Source: a virus
Lineage: Duplodnaviria > Caudoviricetes
Virus record (IMG/VR): IMGVR_UViG_3300028598_000002
Coordinates: 1 to 57,563 of that record
Reading direction: 5' to 3' (one strand)
Length of the DNA: 57,563 nucleotides
The position numbers were made by a program, and so were the translations under genes. This document shows positions 40,549 through 48,498 of the stretch, piece after piece (the stretch's first letter is position 1; each line of letters starts with the position of its first letter). The notes under the pieces are model-generated. The model saw only the letters and a program-made list of their open reading frames with translations. It had not been told where the DNA came from and did not search any database.

Positions 40549-40609
40549 CGCACTGCTGCTTCATTCCAACAACCCCGCGCCAAGGATGGCGCATCAACTG
40601 GAGACCGAC

Positions 40610-40957
40610 ATGATTACCACAACCCGAAAAGAAACCGCCAAGTTACTACGCATTGCGTTAGAACAGGCTATACGTCTGAGCGATAACGAGAATGTGTATG
40701 GCGACCGAGACGACCAAGGGCACGAACAATCTGCCAGCGTCGAATACTTCAAAGAGTACATCGAGCAACTTGAGCGTAAACAATCCGCGCCTTACGTTGA
40801 AGAAGGCTATTACACCATCGAGAGTAAGGAGGATTCCGTAGACTGTGACCATGGTCCATGTAATGGGATCAATCTCGATAACGGCTGGATTGTCTGGACG
40901 TATCCAGAGAAACCCGACCTGATTTCTTTCCACCCCAATTTCACAAGGGAGAAATAG
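40610..40957 (+). CDS. Hypothetical protein
   Basis: ATG at 40610 directly after GGAGACCGAC. Confidence 0.55.
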   Translation: MITTTRKETAKLLRIALEQAIRLSDNENVYGDRDDQGHEQSASVEYFKEYIEQLERKQSAPYVEEGYYTIESKEDSVDCDHGPCNGINLDNGWIVWTYPEKPDLISFHPNFTREK

Positions 40958-40959
40958 CC

Positions 40960-41139
40960 ATGACTTTGCAAGAATTTTCCGAGCAAGTTGCCGCGGCAGC
41001 TGAGCTACACCCTGAGGCTGAGGTGGTGATAACAACTCTGGATGATGAGTATAACGTCCATTCGACCGAGTTTCAGACATGGAAAAATGGCTTCATAAAC
41101 TCAATCATCTTTTCGATCCAATCTGACGAGGAATTCTGA
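40960..41139 (+). CDS. 59-aa hypothetical protein
   Basis: MTLQEFSEQVAAAAELHPEAEVV...*; GGAG SD; TGATG overlap with the next gene. Confidence 0.5.
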   Translation: MTLQEFSEQVAAAAELHPEAEVVITTLDDEYNVHSTEFQTWKNGFINSIIFSIQSDEEF

Positions 41140-41504
41140 TGGATAACTACGACACCCTGAAAGATTCTCATGAGCTGGCGCAGGAACAGCAACAGGATCT
41201 GGATGAAGCGAATGACGCACAACTCAAGATCGAGCACTGGTGCTATGACCATTTGCCTGAGGCATTTAAAGACTGCCTGAAAAGACCCGCGGGAGAAAGC
41301 CTACTGGCACACGCTCGTGAGGACAAACGCGATAGCTGGCTATCCCTGTTAAAGCTGACTGGTTTATACAGAGCGGAGACGGAATTTGCTGGGGAAACCC
41401 ACGTAATTGCCGCCAGTGGCTGGTGTGATTGCGAACGTGTCTGGGAGTACATCAATCACGCAGATGCTAAGCACGCCATGCTGGAAGAAATGCTCGATGC
41501 CTAA
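41139..41504 (+). CDS. Hypothetical protein
   Basis: 121 aa acidic ORF with GAGG SD. Confidence 0.55.
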   Translation: MDNYDTLKDSHELAQEQQQDLDEANDAQLKIEHWCYDHLPEAFKDCLKRPAGESLLAHAREDKRDSWLSLLKLTGLYRAETEFAGETHVIAASGWCDCERVWEYINHADAKHAMLEEMLDA

Positions 41505-41967
41505 TACACCAATTATCCCTACCCTCTGGGCACAGAAATTGCTGAACGAATTCTATGACAACATACTGTTGTCGAGTATCACGAAGGGTATCAGTGCTCA
41601 GGAGGTATGGGACTCCTTTAAATCTGACTTGGGGATGACCGACATGAAACTACATGAAGCCGAACACATACCCGATCACGTGAAGAAGATGATCGACAAG
41701 GTGACCGAGGCCGAAGGTCAGTGTGCTGGCCTGAATTTTATCTATGGCCGACATTGGGAGACGTTCAAAAGCATCATGCTGCTGAGCGGTGCTCACGTTA
41801 CCGAAGCCAAGGAAATCACCGTACCATCACCGCGCCAAAATGAGTGGGTATGCATTGGCATGAAGCAGGCCATCAACGTAGGCGACCTGAATATATTTTT
41901 CGGAATACTCAACGGCACCTACATTCACCCCAGCAAACACGGCAACCACCTGAAGGTGGGGCCTTGA
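41497..41967 (+). CDS. Hypothetical protein with a capsid-like N-terminal segment
   Basis: ATG at 41497 overlapping the previous gene's end; IPTLWAQKLLNEFYDNILLSSI resembles capsid residues 27-48. Confidence 0.55.
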   Translation: MPNTPIIPTLWAQKLLNEFYDNILLSSITKGISAQEVWDSFKSDLGMTDMKLHEAEHIPDHVKKMIDKVTEAEGQCAGLNFIYGRHWETFKSIMLLSGAHVTEAKEITVPSPRQNEWVCIGMKQAINVGDLNIFFGILNGTYIHPSKHGNHLKVGP

Positions 41968-41999
41968 TGCTGAGCCCTTAACATTAACTGGAGACCGAC

Positions 42000-42272
42000 A
42001 TGAACCCAGCAATCCGCAAGATCGATTACGACCAAATGGTAGAAAGCTACCAACGAACCCAGCGCAACATCGCGTTCGAGATAGGCAAGGCCCAAGATGA
42101 AATGAAAGAGGCCATGATCTACGCTCGTGAAATGCAGCGCCGGTACCAAGACACGCTGGAGGAAGATGGTTACACCAGCGAATTGCAGTACTGGACCGAG
42201 CGCGTGCAGAACCTTAAGCTGGCGCAGCGCGTGCTGAATGAAGCACGCTTATTTTCTGACTACAACCGATAA
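42000..42272 (+). CDS. Hypothetical coiled-coil protein
   Basis: 90 aa after GGAGACCGAC. Confidence 0.55.
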   Translation: MNPAIRKIDYDQMVESYQRTQRNIAFEIGKAQDEMKEAMIYAREMQRRYQDTLEEDGYTSELQYWTERVQNLKLAQRVLNEARLFSDYNR

Positions 42273-42286
42273 CGGAGACCGACGAC

Positions 42287-42697
42287 ATGGGATATACACA
42301 TTACCTAGGACACCACACCCGATTCACTGACGAGCAGTGGGATAAGCTCACGACATTCACACGTGCTGCAATCAAAGCGACCGACATTCCGATTGGCGAT
42401 GCCAATGGGGAAGGTGGCAAGCCCGAAATATCTGACGAGTGCATACACTTCAACGGAATAGGCGACGATGCATACGAAGATTTTTACCTATCACGTGAGC
42501 CCGATAACGGCTGCTTCTGCAAGACTGAGCGCAAGTCCTACGATGTTGTGGTCGTTGCGGTCCTGCTATATGCCAACGAGATAGCACGAGACAGTATTGC
42601 TACCACCAGTGATGGCGAGATCTTTGGCTATGGTCCTGACAAATGGGACGAGCGCAGTAGCGCAATGGACCTGATGAATAAGGTGCTCAACCAATAA
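42287..42697 (+). CDS. Hypothetical phage protein
   Basis: 'MGYTHY...I.FNG....E.F...FCKT..K.YD.VV..L...SDG' pattern. Confidence 0.6.
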   Translation: MGYTHYLGHHTRFTDEQWDKLTTFTRAAIKATDIPIGDANGEGGKPEISDECIHFNGIGDDAYEDFYLSREPDNGCFCKTERKSYDVVVVAVLLYANEIARDSIATTSDGEIFGYGPDKWDERSSAMDLMNKVLNQ

Positions 42698-42712
42698 AGC
42701 CATAATTTTTTG

Positions 42713-42741
42713 TTGACACATTTTGTTTACTAAACTACACT
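42713..42741 (+). promoter_or_regulatory. Putative sigma70 promoter
   Basis: TTGACA (42713-42718), 17-nt spacer, TACACT (42736-42741), T-tract upstream. Confidence 0.7.
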
Positions 42742-42765
42742 CCAAACACTCTATAGGAGACCGAC

Positions 42766-43002
42766 ATGAATCAAGACTTACTCGAACAGAAAATCCACGA
42801 ATGGGAGCCCGAAGGTGCCGAAGTTGTGCGTACCATCGACAGCTATGACAACGAAGTTGAACGCATCGTTAAATTCGAAGGCTGGTACTACCTGTACCGA
42901 TACTTCTTACTTCACGGCAACGAAGCCAGAGTCCACGTAAGCGTAGACCTGAACCGCGTATCACCTGACCACATCATTCAGGAATTGGGAGAGCGGCTAT
43001 GA
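42766..43002 (+). CDS. Hypothetical protein
   Basis: 78 aa after GGAGACCGAC. Confidence 0.55.
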   Translation: MNQDLLEQKIHEWEPEGAEVVRTIDSYDNEVERIVKFEGWYYLYRYFLLHGNEARVHVSVDLNRVSPDHIIQELGERL

Positions 43003-43217
43003 GCAACTACCCCCAAGTCACCCAACTCCGCGGCTGGTCTATCGCTATGACCAAGCACCCAACCACCAGAGAACTACATTGGGTAGCTTCTCGTCACGGT
43101 GTCAGTATGAACACCAATACCTACGATGGTCTGGTCACGATGATACTGTCAAGACCCGAGCAGTACCTGAACCATGCCCCCGAGAGGATCGGTACCAATA
43201 TCGATACCAAGGCATGA
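42999..43217 (+). CDS. Hypothetical protein
   Basis: 72 aa, ATGA-coupled. Confidence 0.5.
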   Translation: MSNYPQVTQLRGWSIAMTKHPTTRELHWVASRHGVSMNTNTYDGLVTMILSRPEQYLNHAPERIGTNIDTKA

Positions 43218-43597
43218 GTAGCGCTTACGCGAATACCATTGATAGCGCGATGGATACCGTAAAGATGGACATACCCGGGCGAGAGTCAAAGAGCGCACTG
43301 CTGACCAACGCAGAGCTGCAAATCCGTTACCCGCTCGTACCCGACTGGGTAATCGAAGCCATCACTACACGCTACGGCACTGGGCACTTCCAGAACCGGT
43401 TCGGCTTACGCTTCCGAGATACTGAGCGCGTGAAAGCACTGCTGCTGATGCTCGACGCTGAAATCAGCGATTGCGGAGATCATGTAAATTACAAGATCGA
43501 AGGTGAGTATTGCACCATCCTGAACACATACGGGCACTGGCTTCACCTGCCCCGATTTAACCACATGCTCGAAGAGCGAGGACATACCAATGGATAA
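43214..43597 (+). CDS. Hypothetical protein
   Basis: Probable ATG at 43214 (ATGA overlap), in the frame of ORF 43079..43597. Confidence 0.5.
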   Translation: MSSAYANTIDSAMDTVKMDIPGRESKSALLTNAELQIRYPLVPDWVIEAITTRYGTGHFQNRFGLRFRDTERVKALLLMLDAEISDCGDHVNYKIEGEYCTILNTYGHWLHLPRFNHMLEERGHTNG

Positions 43598-43928
43598 ATT
43601 CATATCCGCCCCCGCGGACCCGGCGAAGCTGACCCGGCGCATCCTCGCCCGGCGAGCGTTCCGCCTGAAGAAGGGCTCGCCCGACACCCGGCGCAAGTTC
43701 CGTGCCCGGTGCATGTGGAGCTGGAGCAACTGGTCTGAATTGCGTGAGGACATCTTGGAAATCTATCAGGAATGTGCTGAGCGCAGCTGGACCGAAGGCA
43801 AGCTGTACCACGTGGATCACATCATCCCACTCAATGGTGCAAACGTCTCAGGACTGCACGTACCAGCGAACCTACGCATCATCCCTGCCGAAGATAATAT
43901 CGACAAGGGCAACGACTACGAAATTTAA
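43590..43928 (+). CDS. HNH endonuclease
   Basis: YHVDHIIPL.G..VSGLHVP.NL......N..KGN. Confidence 0.85.
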   Translation: MDKFISAPADPAKLTRRILARRAFRLKKGSPDTRRKFRARCMWSWSNWSELREDILEIYQECAERSWTEGKLYHVDHIIPLNGANVSGLHVPANLRIIPAEDNIDKGNDYEI

Positions 43929-43939
43929 CGGAGACCGAC

Positions 43940-44317
43940 ATGACCGACTTTGACTTTGATAAGTTCGAAAAGAACATCCCCAAGTTTGTGCTGCAACTGA
44001 AGACGCAGATACAGACGCGGTGTTTTAACCCCATTGCACCTGACTTCGATGTTGAGGTCAGTGTCTTCGACAAGGGCCGCGGCTATGGGAAAGGTATCGC
44101 GATAGAAACAACCGACATTGCCGAGCATATGAATTTCAAGATGTTCGGGAAAGTGTGGCTGCACAATTTTGGAGGGAGCGTCCTGAAGGAGGTTCCTGAT
44201 TCATTCTGGCTACCGATTAATTGGCGCTGGGAGAGTAAAGGTGGTGGCAGTAATGGCACTGACGCTTTTACCTGCTACGTCAATGACGCTGGCAATATCA
44301 CTGCTATTCGAGACTAA
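43940..44317 (+). CDS. Hypothetical protein
   Basis: 125 aa after GGAGACCGAC; 'W....GGSNG' motif. Confidence 0.55.
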   Translation: MTDFDFDKFEKNIPKFVLQLKTQIQTRCFNPIAPDFDVEVSVFDKGRGYGKGIAIETTDIAEHMNFKMFGKVWLHNFGGSVLKEVPDSFWLPINWRWESKGGGSNGTDAFTCYVNDAGNITAIRD

Positions 44318-44329
44318 TAGGAGACCGGC

Positions 44330-44563
44330 ATGCGACTACTTTATGAAGAAAATCCACACCCCACCCTGAAGCTCAAAGATGATCAGTTTGATGTGACCAT
44401 CAAATCATTGGGCGTATCAGGGATCGATGCCGCGAACATCATCGCGGATGCAGTAGCCAAGGGCACCATTAAATCTAGTGACTTGATGGCACCATCCATT
44501 GCAACCGGTGCTGACGCTATCAAACTGATAGATGGTATTAACACCATGAGGATACCGATATGA
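44330..44563 (+). CDS. Hypothetical protein
   Basis: 77 aa after GGAGACCGGC. Confidence 0.5.
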   Translation: MRLLYEENPHPTLKLKDDQFDVTIKSLGVSGIDAANIIADAVAKGTIKSSDLMAPSIATGADAIKLIDGINTMRIPI

Positions 44564-44781
44564 GTACTGAATATTCAATCTGGGATGGCACGCTGTGCTA
44601 CAGCAAAGGCTACCCCACCATTAAAGAAGCTTGCGACGATGCCGAGCGGTATATCCGTTCAACACAAGTCTGCGAATTGTTTGACGACATAACCATCCGC
44701 GAAGGTATGGGTATGGATGCCGATGGTAAACCCGAAGGTAAGATCGTGAGGACATTTCGCTTTTCAATTGACTGGAGGTAA
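44560..44781 (+). CDS. Hypothetical protein
   Basis: 73 aa after GGATACCGAT. Confidence 0.5.
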   Translation: MSTEYSIWDGTLCYSKGYPTIKEACDDAERYIRSTQVCELFDDITIREGMGMDADGKPEGKIVRTFRFSIDWR

Positions 44782-44783
44782 TC

Positions 44784-44909
44784 ATGAAGCAGCTAGGGAT
44801 TGCAGCAATTTTCTGGGCCGTAGTGATATTCGTTATCGTGATGAAAGATACCGATCAATGCTACCCCTACAACGAAGTTTTCTGGGAAGACCCCGAGAAC
44901 ATAGGTTAA
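44784..44909 (+). CDS. 41-aa membrane peptide
   Basis: MKQLGIAAIFWAVVIFVIVMKDTDQCYPYNEVFWEDPENIG*; GGAGG SD. Confidence 0.5.
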   Translation: MKQLGIAAIFWAVVIFVIVMKDTDQCYPYNEVFWEDPENIG

Positions 44910-44925
44910 CTAAGAGGAACCGACA

Positions 44926-45153
44926 ATGAATGTAAGTTTAAGATATTCCCCGATGGGCAACTGCTACGAAAGACCTATCGACTCCGCTGACGCAACTGCT
45001 CACTCATATACCTTTGGTATTGGTGGTGAGAAGATTCGCGTAACCTACAGAAATCCGAAGCAAGGAGCTTCACTGTCAATAGATGGGAAACCCGCTGAAC
45101 TGGAGCGGTTAGCACATGAAATCCTTGCATCCTTAGCCCTTGCAAAAATATAG
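44926..45153 (+). CDS. Hypothetical protein
   Basis: 75 aa after GGAACCGAC. Confidence 0.5.
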   Translation: MNVSLRYSPMGNCYERPIDSADATAHSYTFGIGGEKIRVTYRNPKQGASLSIDGKPAELERLAHEILASLALAKI

Positions 45154-45164
45154 GAGATCGACAA

Positions 45165-45404
45165 ATGAAAAAGAATACCCAAAGCGTAAACTCAGGCAAG
45201 TGCCTTGTCCCCGCGTGCAACAAGCAAGCGCAATGTCTACGGATGTGCAACGCCTGTTATGCCCGTACCTACTACTGGCACAATAAATCCCTGAAAGAAA
45301 AGATGCAGCGAATTGAGCAGATCACTGTGTGGGAATCATCGCTTGAAGTGCAATGCGGTAACCCGAGAGCCTTTGATCGAGAGAAGCTCAAGAAGGAGGG
45401 ATAA
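45165..45404 (+). CDS. Small Cys4 Zn-finger-like protein
   Basis: CxxxxC...CxxCY; follows GGAGATCGAC. Confidence 0.5.
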   Translation: MKKNTQSVNSGKCLVPACNKQAQCLRMCNACYARTYYWHNKSLKEKMQRIEQITVWESSLEVQCGNPRAFDREKLKKEG

Positions 45405-45592
45405 TGACTAAACTGGAATCATTCGTACCACGGAAGGTACCGGCTAAACGAAAGTTTATCGCGGTATCGGAAGAGGACTACGAATTCATCGCGGGTTTGT
45501 CTGACGAGTTCGATACCACCAGAGGTAAGATCATCACGACATTAATCCGCTTCTATCAAGACGCTAACACGGAGAAGAAACGTGGAAAATGA
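45404..45592 (+). CDS. Putative ribbon-helix-helix DNA-binding protein
   Basis: KFIAVSEEDYEFI..LS....TTRGKII..LI pattern. Confidence 0.5.
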   Translation: MTKLESFVPRKVPAKRKFIAVSEEDYEFIAGLSDEFDTTRGKIITTLIRFYQDANTEKKRGK

Positions 45593-45851
45593 GAGCAGTC
45601 ATCAAGATGATGAAATCGTGTTACAAGCTCAGGAGTACCTGAAAGGTAGAGGGCTACGTCAAACTGACGAGAGCGAAATCATCCGCGGACTACTGAACCG
45701 CATCATGGATAAAAAGGTAGAAATCCGCGGGCTCGAATCACAGGTGCATAGCTTGCAGCAAGATCGGATTGGTCTAGAAATGCAAGTTGCAGGGCTTGAG
45801 AAGAAAATCAAAAAGCTCGATGCCAAGTGCCGCCGAGTTGCAGGAGGATAG
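45582..45851 (+). CDS. Coiled-coil hypothetical protein
   Basis: 89 aa, GTG start, heptad repeats. Confidence 0.5.
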   Translation: MENESSHQDDEIVLQAQEYLKGRGLRQTDESEIIRGLLNRIMDKKVEIRGLESQVHSLQQDRIGLEMQVAGLEKKIKKLDAKCRRVAGG

Positions 45852-45853
45852 TT

Positions 45854-46084
45854 ATGAGTAAGGACTCAGCACTAGACCACCAAGAGGGTGGTAACCACTA
45901 CAAGCACATGAAGATCCAGCCGGTCGAGTTCATTGAAGAAAATGAGCTTGGCTTTCTGGTTGGCTGCGTGATTAAGCGGATGTGCCGGTATAAGGATAAG
46001 GCTGGTGCTGAGGACCTACGCAAAGCGAAGCATGAAATTGACTTAATACTTGAGCGGGAATACCCGCAGGAGACCGACAAATGA
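45854..46084 (+). CDS. DUF3310-family protein (T7 gp1.7 nucleotide kinase-like)
   Basis: 'QEGGNHYK...IQPVEFI....LGF..G.VIK..CRY..K.G.EDL.KA'. Confidence 0.8.
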   Translation: MSKDSALDHQEGGNHYKHMKIQPVEFIEENELGFLVGCVIKRMCRYKDKAGAEDLRKAKHEIDLILEREYPQETDK

Positions 46085-46269
46085 GCAAGAGAAATACTGT
46101 ACGGATAGGCGAGGTAAGCACCTTGCGAATGGTTGCAGGGAATGAAGCCAAGCACCCGGTAGTGATTCACAATGACAACCTGAGAGAATGGGTTGGTTTC
46201 GGATGGATCACGCTTCGAGCCGCCACGGATAAAGATAGGGGAAAATACCCTACGGTGGTGGAGTCATGA
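46081..46269 (+). CDS. Hypothetical protein
   Basis: 62 aa; 'EWVGFGWI' motif; follows GGAGACCGAC. Confidence 0.55.
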   Translation: MSKRNTVRIGEVSTLRMVAGNEAKHPVVIHNDNLREWVGFGWITLRAATDKDRGKYPTVVES

Positions 46270-46625
46270 AACGCACAGGAGAATGTTTTACCGAGGTAGG
46301 CAAAGCGATACTGGAAGGAGACCCGAGAGCAGGGCTCGTTGCTGTTCACGGCTTACCAACAGGACAGGGAGGGCATGCCAAGAAGGTAGGCGCATACCCC
46401 CATGCATGGCTCGAATCACCAGCACTGGCCGTGGCTTACGACACCGTAGCAGAGGTAGCAGTACCGATAGGACTGTACTATCAAGCCGGTGAGATCACGT
46501 ATACCGTTCGCTACACACTCGACGAGTACAGAAAGATGGTATTGAAACACGGAACTTACGGCCCGTGGGACGAGAAGCTTCTGGCCCGTGATAACGAAAT
46601 CGACAAGATGATAAAGAAGTCATGA
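46266..46625 (+). CDS. Hypothetical protein
   Basis: 119 aa; 'G.CF', 'VHG', 'HAWLE', 'YGPW' (possible Cys/His catalytic set). Confidence 0.55.
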   Translation: MKRTGECFTEVGKAILEGDPRAGLVAVHGLPTGQGGHAKKVGAYPHAWLESPALAVAYDTVAEVAVPIGLYYQAGEITYTVRYTLDEYRKMVLKHGTYGPWDEKLLARDNEIDKMIKKS

Positions 46626-46903
46626 ATCACGACGAAGCTGAGAAACAAGCCCGAGAAGTACTGAAGACCATGGAAGAATACTATAAGGGCAAGTACTTAG
46701 CAGCTGCTAAGGAACTAGAAGAAAAGCACAAGGTGGCACTGCAAGAACATCAGGATGCAATCACCGAAATCTACGACAGGGGTGCTGACGAATTAACGAA
46801 AGATTACCAAGAATATGTTGGGAAGATTGGCGTTATCTCTGGGCTGGTCGGTGTCTTAATCGGCCTCGCCCTTGCTACCATCATCCAAATCATATTCAAA
46901 TAA
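46622..46903 (+). CDS. Tail-anchored membrane protein
   Basis: Coiled-coil plus C-terminal TM segment IGVISGLVGVLIGLALATII. Confidence 0.55.
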   Translation: MNHDEAEKQAREVLKTMEEYYKGKYLAAAKELEEKHKVALQEHQDAITEIYDRGADELTKDYQEYVGKIGVISGLVGVLIGLALATIIQIIFK

Positions 46904-46917
46904 CAGGAGACCGACAC

Positions 46918-47628
46918 ATGACACCGTTTTACGAAACCAAACTGGACCTACCTAAGGTCAAGGACTTCATAGCAGATGCTATGAAACAATACGGCCTGAC
47001 CCGGGCCCAAGCCAAGGAACAATACAACCAGCTGAAGGCTGACAAGATATTTGTCAACGACACCTATCAGGTCAACATCAGCACCCAACCACCATGGAAC
47101 GAAATGGGCACGCCGATGCTGCACATCAGCATCAAGCGACTAGACAAGGGACACGCCAAAGATTGGCGAGACTTCCAGCAAATCAAGAACGAGCTGGTAG
47201 GCCCCGAGTACGAAGCGTTCGAACTCTACCCATTGGAGTCGCGATTGGTGGACGCCGCTAACCAATTCCACCTCTGGTGCTTTGCCACTGAGGGGATCAG
47301 CTTACCGATTGGATTCCCGGCACGTGCTGTTGAGGGCGTACCACCAGAGGGCTCGAACGTAGTCCAACGCCCCATCGAGGAAGAGCCCGAGGAAGTCACG
47401 GTAGATAAAATACTGGAGGAGGGACCTCAGGAAATCACCATCGATCAAATCATGGAAGTAGCCGCGGCAATGGACGGTGCCGAAGTTCCTCAGGAAGGCC
47501 GAATCATCGAGCTTCAAGACCCCGAAACTGGTGAGTACGTTTCATCAGAAACTGACCCTGATCGGGTGCGGGAGATCATCCAGAAGTACGTGGACTCTGA
47601 ACAGGTAGGAGCAGGTAATGACGACTAA
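46918..47628 (+). CDS. Hypothetical phage protein
   Basis: 'HISIKR.D....DWRDFQ.IKNEL.G...A.ELYP..SRLVD.AN..HLW' motif with an acidic extension. Confidence 0.6.
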   Translation: MTPFYETKLDLPKVKDFIADAMKQYGLTRAQAKEQYNQLKADKIFVNDTYQVNISTQPPWNEMGTPMLHISIKRLDKGHAKDWRDFQQIKNELVGPEYEAFELYPLESRLVDAANQFHLWCFATEGISLPIGFPARAVEGVPPEGSNVVQRPIEEEPEEVTVDKILEEGPQEITIDQIMEVAAAMDGAEVPQEGRIIELQDPETGEYVSSETDPDRVREIIQKYVDSEQVGAGNDD

Positions 47629-47875
47629 CATGGAGGATGTCGCGCACGCGCTCGAATGGCTCTCTGAATTCAGAGGAGACGATGCTGAACAATGCAAGAA
47701 AATCCTACAGGACCTTTATGATCCCAGCTGGGAGGAATTCATTGCTTTGTGTCACCGATGGATGGAGAAGTACCCACCTGATATATTCGATGGCTCAAGC
47801 GGTGACCCCGGCCCGTTATTTGTCGTGGCACTCCGTGACGCCTTAACAGCACTGGAGAATTGGAATGACATCTGA
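47618..47875 (+). CDS. Hypothetical protein
   Basis: 85 aa; 'YP.DIF.G.SGDPG' motif. Confidence 0.55.
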   Translation: MTTNMEDVAHALEWLSEFRGDDAEQCKKILQDLYDPSWEEFIALCHRWMEKYPPDIFDGSSGDPGPLFVVALRDALTALENWNDI

Positions 47876-48095
47876 AGAAGATAAACCGGCAGGGCAACGG
47901 TATTGCTCAGAAAAATACGGGTCCTTAACTATTCCAGAAATGTTGACGATCATCATGAACCGAGACAAATACATTATCGAGTTGGAAGATCTATTCCTCA
48001 TGATGTATGAGTTAGGTAGTTCCTACCCCAGCATCGAGGATAAGGTAGAAACGACCGTAGCCCGAATCGTGGAGCGGCAAGATGGAAAGAAGTGA
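47865..48095 (+). CDS. Hypothetical protein
   Basis: 76 aa, overlapping neighbours. Confidence 0.5.
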   Translation: MTSEEDKPAGQRYCSEKYGSLTIPEMLTIIMNRDKYIIELEDLFLMMYELGSSYPSIEDKVETTVARIVERQDGKK

Positions 48096-48237
48096 CATGG
48101 TAGCTTTTGCGGCTGAAGCCCAAAGGCAGCAATTCATCGGAGCAGTATTGGAGACGATTGTTATTGTCTGCGCGATAGTTGTTATCGGCACTTTGTTATA
48201 CATGGTGGCAGAGGATTGGTTTTATGATGAAGATTAA
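48082..48237 (+). CDS. 51-aa membrane peptide
   Basis: MERSDMVAFAAEAQRQQFIGAVLETIVIVCAIVVIGTLLYMVAEDWFYDED*; GGAG SD. Confidence 0.45.
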   Translation: MERSDMVAFAAEAQRQQFIGAVLETIVIVCAIVVIGTLLYMVAEDWFYDED

Positions 48238-48433
48238 ACTGTATTGCAAGTCAATGGACGCAGCTAGCGCACTGCATAATGCACTGCTGGATAACCTAGT
48301 CGAAGAAGCAACGAGGAAAGTTTCTGTGACGATAGGGTTCGGAGGGTACAACGATTGGTACGTTACCTTGGAAAACCTACCCACAAAAGAAAAAGCCCCT
48401 GAATTCACAGAGGCTTCATCCCGTGGTGACTAA
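48224..48433 (+). CDS. Hypothetical protein
   Basis: Probable ATG at 48224 with GAGGA SD. Confidence 0.45.
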   Translation: MMKIKLYCKSMDAASALHNALLDNLVEEATRKVSVTIGFGGYNDWYVTLENLPTKEKAPEFTEASSRGD

Positions 48434-48498
48434 CCACTGTTCGAGACCGACAAGTGACGAACTTGTTGTGAGTATAGATACCTAAAAGGAAAAAGCAA

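Larger units (their letters stand above)
39267..46915 (+). repeat. Dispersed start-associated repeat GGAGACCGAC
   Basis: Exact copies starting at 39267, 40600, 41990, 42274, 42756, 43930, 46069 and 46906, each 0-3 nt before an ATG. Confidence 0.85.

Noticed and set aside
43804-43819. Second parS-like sequence TGTACCACGTGGATCA (14/16)
   Set aside because: It encodes the conserved YHVDH motif of the HNH nuclease, which explains it, and both half-sites carry a mismatch.
39243-46915. CRISPR or integron array interpretation of the dispersed repeats
   Set aside because: Repeats are 10-17 nt, irregularly spaced by whole genes and tied to start codons; no integrase, attC structure or cas operon seen.
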